Part shown: positions 26,057 to 33,698 of the stretch, piece after piece | Layout: each line of letters starts with the position of its first letter | How positions within the stretch are numbered: the first letter of the stretch is position 1 | Assembly: GCA_021806355.1 (NCBI GenBank) | Contig: JAJZXT010000050.1 | Coordinates: forward strand, 1 to 36,169 | Length of the DNA: 36,169 bases | Source of the DNA: Thermoplasmata archaeon | GTDB taxonomy: Archaea; Thermoplasmatota; Thermoplasmata; Thermoplasmatales; Thermoplasmataceae | Direction: 5' to 3' | Made by a program: the position numbers and the translations under genes | Notes under the pieces: model-generated | Databases searched by the model: none | Told to the model about the DNA's origin: nothing | The model's input: only the letters and a program-made list of their open reading frames with translations

Positions 26057-27317
26057 TAACCAATGAGCATTGATGAAGGGAGAGAGCAAAGAGGCGAAGA
26101 AATCGCCAAGTCTGGAAAACTGAAACAGGAAGGCAATCACTGGATAGTGCCTTCTCAGAGTGGGCATGGGAATTACATTGTTAGCATGAAGGGGAAAGAA
26201 CCGATCTGCACATGCCCTGATTTTGAAAGCAGAAATGTAAGGTGCAAACACATCATAGCGGTTGAACTTACAATAGCGCATAATAAGAATCCAACGGAAA
26301 CACCAGCCATAGAAGGCGTTAAGAAGGTAACATATTCACAGGCATGGTCTGCCTATAATGCAGCACAGAGCGAGGAAGTAAAGCTGTTTGATGCACTTCT
26401 CAGCGACCTAGTATCAGGGGTTGAAGAACCAGAACAGACAAGAGGAAGGCCCAGACTGCCCTTGAAGGATGAACTTTTCTGCGCAATACAGAAAGTGTAT
26501 TCACAGCTTTCAAGCAGGAGATCGGCATCACTTTTTGGATTTGCGGAATCCAGAGATCACATATCACATGCCCCGCATTTCAATGTTTCTTCGAAAGTGC
26601 TGAACAGAGAAGACATAACGCTAATATTACAGAATCTTCTTTCCCAGACCGCATCGCCACTCATGGAGATCGAAACAAAATTTGCAACCGACAGTTCAGG
26701 CTTCAGGACTACCAACTTTAATGAGTACGCTGAAGAGAAATACAACTTAAAAAGGGAGCATGGATGGATCAAGGCGCATATCACCGTCGGGGTTAGAACA
26801 AACATAATCACCGCTCTCAATGTTACAGAGAACAAAGGTAAAGGTTCGGCGGACATTAACCACTTCAAGCCCCTCATTCTAAGGACAAAAGAGCTTGGGT
26901 TTACTGTTGAAGAGGCATCGGCGGACAAGGCGTATCTTTCAAGGTCAAATCTGGCATTGATTGATGAAATGGGTGGCGTTCCATACATACCATTCAAGAG
27001 CAATACTCATGGCAGGCCGATGGGAAATCATATCTGGAGAAAGATGTATGCAATCTTCCTTTACCGCAAGGAAGAATTTGAGGAGCATTACCACCTTCGA
27101 TCCAACGTGGAGACGACATTCTCTGCCTGGAAACTGAAACTTGGAGATTCCTTGAAAAGCAAGAACCTGACTGCACAGAAGAATGAGCTTATCTGTAAAG
27201 CAATTGCTTACAACATAACCGTGCTGATACATGAAATGTTTGAGTTGGGCATTAAGCCGGACTTCATCCCTGAACCCCTAGCTATCTTCCTATAAGTTGG
27301 AGTGGAAATCTACCTCT
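26048..27317 (+). mobile_element. putative IS element (boundaries tentative)
   Basis: A 10-bp inverted repeat agaggtagat (26048-26057) / atctacctct (27308-27317) brackets the transposase gene. No clear target-site duplication is visible. Confidence 0.3.
26063..27295 (+). CDS. transposase with N-terminal SWIM zinc finger and DDE (IS4/IS5-like) catalytic domain
   Basis: The SWIM finger is CTCPDFESRNVRCKH (CxC..CxH). The DDE-like signatures are ATDSSGF, ASADKAY and RSNVETTFSAWKLK. GC is higher than in the flanks. Confidence 0.8.
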   Translation: MSIDEGREQRGEEIAKSGKLKQEGNHWIVPSQSGHGNYIVSMKGKEPICTCPDFESRNVRCKHIIAVELTIAHNKNPTETPAIEGVKKVTYSQAWSAYNAAQSEEVKLFDALLSDLVSGVEEPEQTRGRPRLPLKDELFCAIQKVYSQLSSRRSASLFGFAESRDHISHAPHFNVSSKVLNREDITLILQNLLSQTASPLMEIETKFATDSSGFRTTNFNEYAEEKYNLKREHGWIKAHITVGVRTNIITALNVTENKGKGSADINHFKPLILRTKELGFTVEEASADKAYLSRSNLALIDEMGGVPYIPFKSNTHGRPMGNHIWRKMYAIFLYRKEEFEEHYHLRSNVETTFSAWKLKLGDSLKSKNLTAQKNELICKAIAYNITVLIHEMFELGIKPDFIPEPLAIFL

Positions 27318-27365
27318 CCCTCTCTCCTTATTTTTCGATAACATAGCTCAAAAGAGTTGTCATAG

Positions 27366-27758
27366 CTAGCGTTTTGCTATGAATGTTTTAAGTGTTGTTT
27401 GAATGTCATTTTTTTGCTTGATTACCCATTCTCTGAATCTTGGATTTAACCGATATTCTTGTTTGTCCTTTATAACTTCCACGAGACCAGCTTCAAAAGA
27501 GGAGTTGAGGCCGTATTCAATTGCAGGATCAGTTCCATCGTAGCCCAATTCTCTAGCTTTTGCCACAATTTTCTTCAACTCAACATATCTTTCCTCATCT
27601 TTTGAATCAAAGATTTGAATCAACGAAAGCAGTGAGTAAAGTCTGGAAAACTTAGTTCCTTTAACCCCTTCTCTAAACATGTAGTTGATGATATCATTTG
27701 CGTAGTGTTTCTTGAGTTCTTTTATGTAGCCTGTATCCCAATCTTCTGGATTTGACAT
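27366..27758 (-). CDS. hypothetical protein
   Basis: 130-aa ORF with an AT-rich TATA-like stretch about 22-32 nt upstream of the ATG. The TTGCACYTAAA repeats lie further upstream. Confidence 0.5.
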   Translation of the reverse strand: MSNPEDWDTGYIKELKKHYANDIINYMFREGVKGTKFSRLYSLLSLIQIFDSKDEERYVELKKIVAKARELGYDGTDPAIEYGLNSSFEAGLVEVIKDKQEYRLNPRFREWVIKQKNDIQTTLKTFIAKR

Positions 27759-27806
27759 GCTTCATACATTACATACCTGAAAATAATAATTCGTATCAAT
27801 AGAAAT

Positions 27807-27879
27807 CTGCACCTAAAATATTTTACTTGCACCTAAATTCAATCAAAAAGAGGCTTTTAAGTGCAAAGCCTAGCAAAAT
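27807..27879. repeat. TTGCACYTAAA motif locus B (two direct copies 20 nt apart plus one inverted copy)
   Basis: The elements are ctgcacctaaaa (27807-27818), ttgcacctaaa (27827-27837), cttttaagtgcaaagc (27854-27869, the exact reverse complement of 22395-22410) and tagcaaaat (27871-27879). Confidence 0.8.
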
Positions 27880-27912
27880 GGAAATGAGAAATCACAAAAA
27901 ATTGGCGGAATA

Positions 27913-29166
27913 CTATATGGAACTCATCATTTTATTCTTGAAAACCCAAGTATTATGATACCCTCTTCTCTTATTCCTATTTGTGCCCCGAAAGATCATG
28001 ACATCAATACCATGTTCCTGACAAATTTCACATTCGCAATTTTCCCAAGGTTTATGTTCCAGAGTTTTCCTGTACTTTACTTTAATATTTTCTATATTTT
28101 CAGAATTCCTCATTAATAGTTTGTCATATTCAATTACAGAGGAAAGGGCAGTATCAATGCCAAGTTTTCCGTCAGAGTATCTTAATAAAGAATCATAGGC
28201 CTGCGTTTCCAAATTTTCTAAATCCTGAAGAGAAATATTTGAATCATTTGCATTTTTTATTAGATTTTTATTCCATGAGAATGGAACCCTTATGGCAGAG
28301 TACCAAACACCTTCCTGGGATAGATAATTCTGCCCGGATCTTAACCATGCTTTTCTGAAATATGATGCACTATCAAAACTGGTGACTCCCAATTTTTCGA
28401 AGTTTGTAATGTGTCCTGGACGCATAACACCAAAAAGATGCAGCTTTTTGCCTTCCATGTATGGTGTAACTTTATGAAGAATCTTTAACAATTCAAGGTT
28501 ACTATATTGAACTAAACCACCGAGGGCCAAATATTCATAACCTTGGGAGACCAATGAAATAACACTCTCAATATAGGACTTTGGGCTGTAACCTTGGGCA
28601 ACTCCGATTGCCTTAAAAGAATAATGTTTCTCCTTTACTAAATTTATGAATTCCTCGGAGTTCTGCACAGTCAGCATTCTTCTTCTTTCTCTTTCTTTGG
28701 TTGATAATTTTACATATTTCTTCTTTCCTTCCTCTTTAAAACGGATAAATCCCACAGCAATGTGATCCGGGCTTACTCCAAAATCAAATTTAAATTCATG
28801 GTACATCTCTGCAACGTGATGTACAGAATAAAATGGTGGTGGATTGTGATGGGCAACATAACTGAATGCACCACAGTCACCCATTACCTTCAATCTTGAG
28901 TATTTCTGGATTTTCAAATAATCCCGGATATTTTTTTTATTTCTAATCATGGGCTGGTTTTGTTCATCATATTTTATTTTCAGTTTAGTCTGAAAGTTGC
29001 TTAAGCTAAAGAGTATACCATCATATGGTTGCTTTTTCTTGTATATCTGATGTGCATAATAATCGTTTTCATAAGGACTTATTTCATGAGATTCTGAATA
29101 AGAATCATTTGTGAAATCAAATTCAGGATCTACCCGATCTTCCCAGTTTGGCATATAGAACTTCAT
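27913..29166 (-). CDS. TGT-family (queuine/archaeosine tRNA-ribosyltransferase fold) protein, DpdA-like candidate DNA transglycosylase
   Basis: GDCGAFS corresponds to the DSGGFQ catalytic Asp region, and YEYLALGGL to the GGLxxGE region. LHLFGVMRPGHI...GVTSFDSASYFRKAWLRSG corresponds to HLLGVGxP...GVDxFDxxxPTRxAR. CECEICQEHG...GYHNTW is the CxCxxC...H zinc site. The protein is 417 aa with no C-terminal extension. Confidence 0.8.
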   Translation of the reverse strand: MKFYMPNWEDRVDPEFDFTNDSYSESHEISPYENDYYAHQIYKKKQPYDGILFSLSNFQTKLKIKYDEQNQPMIRNKKNIRDYLKIQKYSRLKVMGDCGAFSYVAHHNPPPFYSVHHVAEMYHEFKFDFGVSPDHIAVGFIRFKEEGKKKYVKLSTKERERRRMLTVQNSEEFINLVKEKHYSFKAIGVAQGYSPKSYIESVISLVSQGYEYLALGGLVQYSNLELLKILHKVTPYMEGKKLHLFGVMRPGHITNFEKLGVTSFDSASYFRKAWLRSGQNYLSQEGVWYSAIRVPFSWNKNLIKNANDSNISLQDLENLETQAYDSLLRYSDGKLGIDTALSSVIEYDKLLMRNSENIENIKVKYRKTLEHKPWENCECEICQEHGIDVMIFRGTNRNKRRGYHNTWVFKNKMMSSI

Positions 29167-29224
29167 TATTATTAGATAAGTGAGCTGAAAATATAATAAA
29201 ATCTTTTTGGTGTTGATTTTGTTG

Positions 29225-29692
29225 TCAGGAAGTGACAGAAGCCAACCACATTTTTAAATTGTGCAACCTCACCCCAATGGTTCCATATCCATATTTAATA
29301 TTCAGCTCTTTGAATAGGGGATTGTCAAAACCTATCGCATTTCTGTACGTTTTTCCAAGTTCTATGTATATTTCACTGTATGTTGAAGATTGTAGAATAC
29401 TTACTAATCTGTCTGTTGTTTGATTCTTCATCTCTTGGGCAATGTGATCATTCATTTTTTGTTCATAAACTGAAATTTTATGATTGGCAAAAATTAATCC
29501 GTATTTTGCAGATAAAATGAGAATATCAATCTTATCTGTAGGATACTTTCTAATGATTCTGTAACTCGGGCCATCATATACCTGCAAGGCTGGCTGATCC
29601 TTAAGATCACGTTTTGTGGCAGAACATGAAATCAGCAATAATTTCCTTGGAGTTATCTTTTCAGATACACTTTCAATTTGAGCCTGCAACAT
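29225..29692 (-). CDS. small uncharacterised protein of the TGT-helicase operon (possibly DUF6884/YaaA-like)
   Basis: 155 aa with the segments LLLISCSATKR, ALQVYDGPSYR and ILILSAKYGLI. The family assignment is from memory only. It is 6 nt from the nuclease gene and 58 nt from the TGT-like gene. Confidence 0.5.
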   Translation of the reverse strand: MLQAQIESVSEKITPRKLLLISCSATKRDLKDQPALQVYDGPSYRIIRKYPTDKIDILILSAKYGLIFANHKISVYEQKMNDHIAQEMKNQTTDRLVSILQSSTYSEIYIELGKTYRNAIGFDNPLFKELNIKYGYGTIGVRLHNLKMWLASVTS

Positions 29693-29698
29693 GATGAA

Positions 29699-30634
29699 TC
29701 ACTTACTGCCGGGTATTCTGTGATGATATTTATTTCGTTCCTTAGGACAACTGGTTCTGAGATCACACGCATCGCAAGTTTCTCTTCCGGCCGTTTCAGC
29801 GCCATTTGATGGGGGTGGCCAGTTGTTCGTGTCCTTTGAAGTTTCAATTTGACTGACAGTGTTATCGAAACTTTGTAATGCCTTATTCATTTCTGCATCG
29901 TCCAGCGGGACTTCTAGTACAGCTGAGGATGGTCGAGAAGTAATAGTCTGTCCCCGCAGTTCTCCAAGGAAATAAATCACCCCTTTTGACGGATAGTATC
30001 CATTTCTCATTTTAAAAAGAGAGGAATATACCAGCATTTGAAATTTGTAATCTTCTAGTATCTTCTTTCCAAAACCAGTAGTCTCTATTGGACGTTTGGT
30101 GCCTTTGTAATCCCAAATTTCGACATCCCTGCTATCGGATCCTGTCGGAGATACTAATACGTCAACAACCCCATGAAGTATATACCTGCCTCTATCGCTC
30201 TGCAATTTGTGTTCAGTATCTTTTACACGAGGGTACAGATCTTTCCCTTCAATTCGATTGAATCTTTGCAAAAGCTTGAGTACATATTCCCCTAGTTCTG
30301 GATTAAAAGGCCTTATTCCATGAGCACGCAGGGCACTGTCAACCTCGTTAAAATAAATCCTAATTTGATCATCGTTAGGTATTTGATTGGCTGTTGCGTT
30401 ACTTATCCTTCCAGAATATTGTAGGTGCGCTCTGTCCAGTACTTGATGTATCATTGAACCCACGTATCTCTGTGATGGCTGAGCAGGAGCAAAACTCCTT
30501 ATCGATTGACTTGCATATAATCTTGGGCATCTTCTGTATGATAGCACATCTGCAGTCACACTGTATTTCCTCTTTAAATCATTCGTTGTAATTTGTCTCA
30601 CGTTTAAATCTTTATATCTATCAAATGAGTCCAT
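29699..30634 (-). CDS. Cas4/RecB-family PD-(D/E)XK nuclease with predicted 4Fe-4S cluster
   Basis: Motifs are RRCPRLY (N-terminal Cys), GSMIHQ, GVVDVLV...VEIWDYKGTK (D...DxK), QMLVYSSLF (QxxxY) and the C-terminal CDACDLRTSC (three Cys). Confidence 0.75.
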   Translation of the reverse strand: MDSFDRYKDLNVRQITTNDLKRKYSVTADVLSYRRCPRLYASQSIRSFAPAQPSQRYVGSMIHQVLDRAHLQYSGRISNATANQIPNDDQIRIYFNEVDSALRAHGIRPFNPELGEYVLKLLQRFNRIEGKDLYPRVKDTEHKLQSDRGRYILHGVVDVLVSPTGSDSRDVEIWDYKGTKRPIETTGFGKKILEDYKFQMLVYSSLFKMRNGYYPSKGVIYFLGELRGQTITSRPSSAVLEVPLDDAEMNKALQSFDNTVSQIETSKDTNNWPPPSNGAETAGRETCDACDLRTSCPKERNKYHHRIPGSK

Positions 30635-30643
30635 ACAATCCCC

Positions 30644-32890
30644 CTAAATTTCAATTGTGTTTCCAAAAACAGTCCAATTGCTGTCTCCACCGAATCCCAC
30701 TCCTGGTCTCGTATACTCCGTTCTTTTTGCCAATAAAATGAGAGCGTATTGTGCTCTGGAATAGGCAACAAAGAACCGCCTAACAAGATCCTGTTTAACT
30801 TTTTGTTCTGTCGTAAATCTTGTTGATGAATTATTCGAATTTCTGGAGAACTTGGCAAAATCGCTTTCCATTTGGACAGATGCCATATCAACTATGGCTG
30901 AAGATAAACCATAGACAAAAACTAAAGGAAATTCCAAGCCTTTTGATTGATGAATGGTCATAATCGGAACTCTTCCTCGTGGGAAATTCTCTATCTCATC
31001 CTCAGCCTCATTGAGACCTTCTGAAGCCAAGAGTCCCAATAAAGAGTAGTAAAAATTTTTCCTCCAAGTGAAACTTATTCCTTGGTTGACATTACTGCTG
31101 GTATACAAAAATCCCAACATATTCTTTGTGTTTTTGGAGTTTGGTACATTCGAATACGCATCAAGCACATTGCACACGACCCCTATTCTCGTAGATCTTT
31201 CGGGATCATCAATCCAATCTGAAAGGGGTGGAAAATTCAGCAGATCGTAAAAAATTTCCAGAAGATTCACTCCGACAGATGTACTTGGGCCCATTCTCAA
31301 TATGGAATTTGCATAACTTGTCACATAATCTCTAAGATCTTTATTATTAGCTGCAACCCTATCAAATTCCCCTCTCCATTCGTCACATATTTCTCTGATT
31401 GCAGGAAATTTTACGGCTCTTTGAGCAGTTGAAGAGGGGTCAATAATTTTAAGCAGACCCCCAAGAATAACTTTGATCTCCTCCTGTTCAAGCAACCCTT
31501 TTGATCTTGGGTTGTAATACGGGATGTTGTGATTTTCCAAAGCGTCCATGAATGGACCAGCTTTATATTTACTTCTCTTAGTACTGTGAAGGAGAAGAAC
31601 ACATTCTGAATAATCATGTATCAACTGTTTGTCAAGCAGATATTCCAACATGTTTGCGAAGAATTCGGCGACCTCATCTGCATTTTTTCCTCTATGAATA
31701 GCTACTGGTGGGTAAGATCCGTTAATGGCAGAACCTGCAGTTAAGGGAGGTTTTCCCCGAACTCTTGCCCCCGGGAGGCTCATTTCTTGGAAAGATCTCA
31801 TATATCCATCATAAAAAGTTATAATTCCGGGATTGGATCTATAGTTTGTAGATAAGAATACACTAGTTATCTCTGGTATTTTCCATTTTTGTTGGCATGA
31901 ATTTTCAAAATTCACCATGCAATCAACGGTACCTCCCCTAAATCTGTAAAGAGCCTGATCATCATCACCTACAACACATAGATTCTTGCTATTCTCTGCA
32001 AGCTTGAAATATATTTCTTCCTGTATTTGGTTTGTGTCTTGATACTCATCAACAAGAACATGCTTGACGCCAGGATACTGATCTGTTCCGTCGCCATACA
32101 GAAAGAGACTTGATTGCTGGCTTTTCAAAAAATCTAGGAATTTAAGTTGGACATGAGCAAAATCGCATCTGTAGTTGTCAAACAATTTATTTCTATATTC
32201 TTCATATGCTTTAACTAAAGTTTCCCAAGACCCTCCCTCTGCATACATTGCATTGGTATCCAATCGGTCTTCTACAATTCTGTTAAAAAGTTTAGAAAGT
32301 CCTTTGGTTTTAATATTTCTGTTTGGTGGTCTGCCGGAGTTTGGATTCCATATACTTGTGGTCAATGGATCGAAAATAGCAAAAACATACGGAAACCCTG
32401 GCCATAAATCATCATAGTTTTGAGACACAGTACTATCTAAACTGGTTGAAGAGGAATGTTCAATTATAAACAATCTCTGTTCGATGTCATCCAGTAATCT
32501 ATAATTTTGATAACCTGTGAATCTAAACTCTTGCATTCTATCATTACACAGACCATGCAGGGTATCAACCCTTATCCTGTTGTATACAATAGTCTCTAAT
32601 GACTTGTCTATAGCAATTAAATACTGCATATATTGGGAAATTCTGGTCTGTAGATTGTTAGCTGCTTTTTCTGTAAAGGTAGTTAATATGATGCTCGCAG
32701 GTGAAACCTTATCAACCACAAGCAATTTCAAACATCGGAATACAATGGAATCGGTTTTACCAGAACCTGGACCTGCGATAACCCATAATGGGCCATCTCC
32801 ATGACTAATGACAATTTTTTGGTTATTGTCCAATCGAAATCCTCTTCCTGGAATGGCCTCAATAGCATTAATAAAGTCGTCAAGATTCAT
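30644..32890 (-). CDS. UvrD/Rep-family SF1 DNA helicase
   Basis: All seven motifs are present: AGPGSGKT (I), TFTEKAANNL (Ia), VLVDEYQDTN (II), VVGDDDQALYRFRGG (III), STNYRSNPG (IV), TIHQSKGLEFPLVF (V) and FVAYSRAQYAL (VI). Confidence 0.9.
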   Translation of the reverse strand: MNLDDFINAIEAIPGRGFRLDNNQKIVISHGDGPLWVIAGPGSGKTDSIVFRCLKLLVVDKVSPASIILTTFTEKAANNLQTRISQYMQYLIAIDKSLETIVYNRIRVDTLHGLCNDRMQEFRFTGYQNYRLLDDIEQRLFIIEHSSSTSLDSTVSQNYDDLWPGFPYVFAIFDPLTTSIWNPNSGRPPNRNIKTKGLSKLFNRIVEDRLDTNAMYAEGGSWETLVKAYEEYRNKLFDNYRCDFAHVQLKFLDFLKSQQSSLFLYGDGTDQYPGVKHVLVDEYQDTNQIQEEIYFKLAENSKNLCVVGDDDQALYRFRGGTVDCMVNFENSCQQKWKIPEITSVFLSTNYRSNPGIITFYDGYMRSFQEMSLPGARVRGKPPLTAGSAINGSYPPVAIHRGKNADEVAEFFANMLEYLLDKQLIHDYSECVLLLHSTKRSKYKAGPFMDALENHNIPYYNPRSKGLLEQEEIKVILGGLLKIIDPSSTAQRAVKFPAIREICDEWRGEFDRVAANNKDLRDYVTSYANSILRMGPSTSVGVNLLEIFYDLLNFPPLSDWIDDPERSTRIGVVCNVLDAYSNVPNSKNTKNMLGFLYTSSNVNQGISFTWRKNFYYSLLGLLASEGLNEAEDEIENFPRGRVPIMTIHQSKGLEFPLVFVYGLSSAIVDMASVQMESDFAKFSRNSNNSSTRFTTEQKVKQDLVRRFFVAYSRAQYALILLAKRTEYTRPGVGFGGDSNWTVFGNTIEI

Positions 32891-32893
32891 TTT

Positions 32894-33415
32894 TCACCTC
32901 TTTATTTTTCCTTCCAATATCCTTATTTCTTTGTATGCTTCCTCTCCTTTCTCGCTTAATACAAAATAGTTCTCAGGAGGATATGACTCGTTGTCAACCT
33001 CTGACCTCACGAGTTTCATTTCTTCAAGCTCCTTGATATCGTCATAGGATCCTGGGATCTCTTCTTTAATTTGGCCCACAGTTAATTTCCCCCTATCTCC
33101 CAGTAGCATTATGATGAGCTGTTGCCTTGAGAAAAAAGACTTCTTAAAAGTCCCCTTCGCTGCGAGTTCTGCATTCAGGAGCTGTTCTGCTACCTGATGG
33201 CCCTTGTCTGTTAAGAAAATATCATAAGTTCTTCTTCCCTTTATTGTCTCTTCTATTGTCAAATATCCCAGTACTGATAACTTATCTATAGATTTTGACC
33301 AAGTAGTCCAGCTATCTTCTTTAGTTATAATATCAGATTTCTTGCCCTTTCCCCCTTTATTTAATAATCTAATTAAAATTGTATTGGCATAAGGAATGTC
33401 AAGAGCATCTCCCAT
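32894..33415 (-). CDS. tandem winged-helix (MarR/TrmB-like) DNA-binding protein, first gene of the operon
   Basis: There are two wHTH-like units (ILIRLLNKGG...LGYLTIEE...YDIFLTDKGHQVAEQL and IIMLLGDRGKLTVGQI...MKLVRSE...YFVLSEKGEEAYKEI). The stop is 3 nt before the helicase start. Confidence 0.6.
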   Translation of the reverse strand: MGDALDIPYANTILIRLLNKGGKGKKSDIITKEDSWTTWSKSIDKLSVLGYLTIEETIKGRRTYDIFLTDKGHQVAEQLLNAELAAKGTFKKSFFSRQQLIIMLLGDRGKLTVGQIKEEIPGSYDDIKELEEMKLVRSEVDNESYPPENYFVLSEKGEEAYKEIRILEGKIKR

Positions 33416-33530
33416 ATTAAAGATAATAGTTAGTTGCTAATTAGATTATACAATTTGTTCAATATACTATATTATAGATTGAATAAACCTTATATACAAT
33501 CTAACGTTTAGTAGAAAGTAGATGATTGAA

Positions 33531-33698
33531 ATGTCGTCAAGAAAATTGATAGTTGTTGATGAAGGAGTGTGGGAAAATCTAACAAAAATTAAGTTTAGGT
33601 TTTCGGTTGAAGAGAATAAAACTGTATCTTACTCTTCAACAATTTTGAGACTCATTGATGAACATGAGAAGGCCCACAATGTGGAGGCCCCTGCATGA
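33531..33698 (+). CDS. small RHH/CopG-like protein (below the ORF-track size cut-off)
   Basis: 55 aa, MSSRKLIVVDEGVWENLTKIKFRFSVEENKTVSYSSTILRLIDEHEKAHNVEAPA. It has an ATGA overlap with 33695..33982 and is divergent from the wHTH gene. Confidence 0.4.
   Translation: MSSRKLIVVDEGVWENLTKIKFRFSVEENKTVSYSSTILRLIDEHEKAHNVEAPA

Larger units (their letters stand above)
14100..33500. other. AT-rich mosaic defence island nested in the mobile element
   Basis: Composition drops visibly to AT-rich. The segment has a high density of R-M, Abi/HEPN and helicase-nuclease genes, gene remnants, an IS transposase and a truncated recombinase. Confidence 0.65.

Noticed and set aside
25936-27342. 8-bp direct repeat tcgataac (25936-25943 and 27335-27342) as a target-site duplication of the IS
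   Set aside because: The sequences just inside these repeats are not inverted repeats of each other. The match is short and AT-rich, so it is probably chance.
33441-33504. Imperfect inverted repeat ttagattataca / tatacaatctaa in the divergent promoter region between the wHTH gene and the RHH-like gene
   Set aside because: It is only 10 of 12 matched in a very AT-rich context, which is too weak to call an operator without comparative data.
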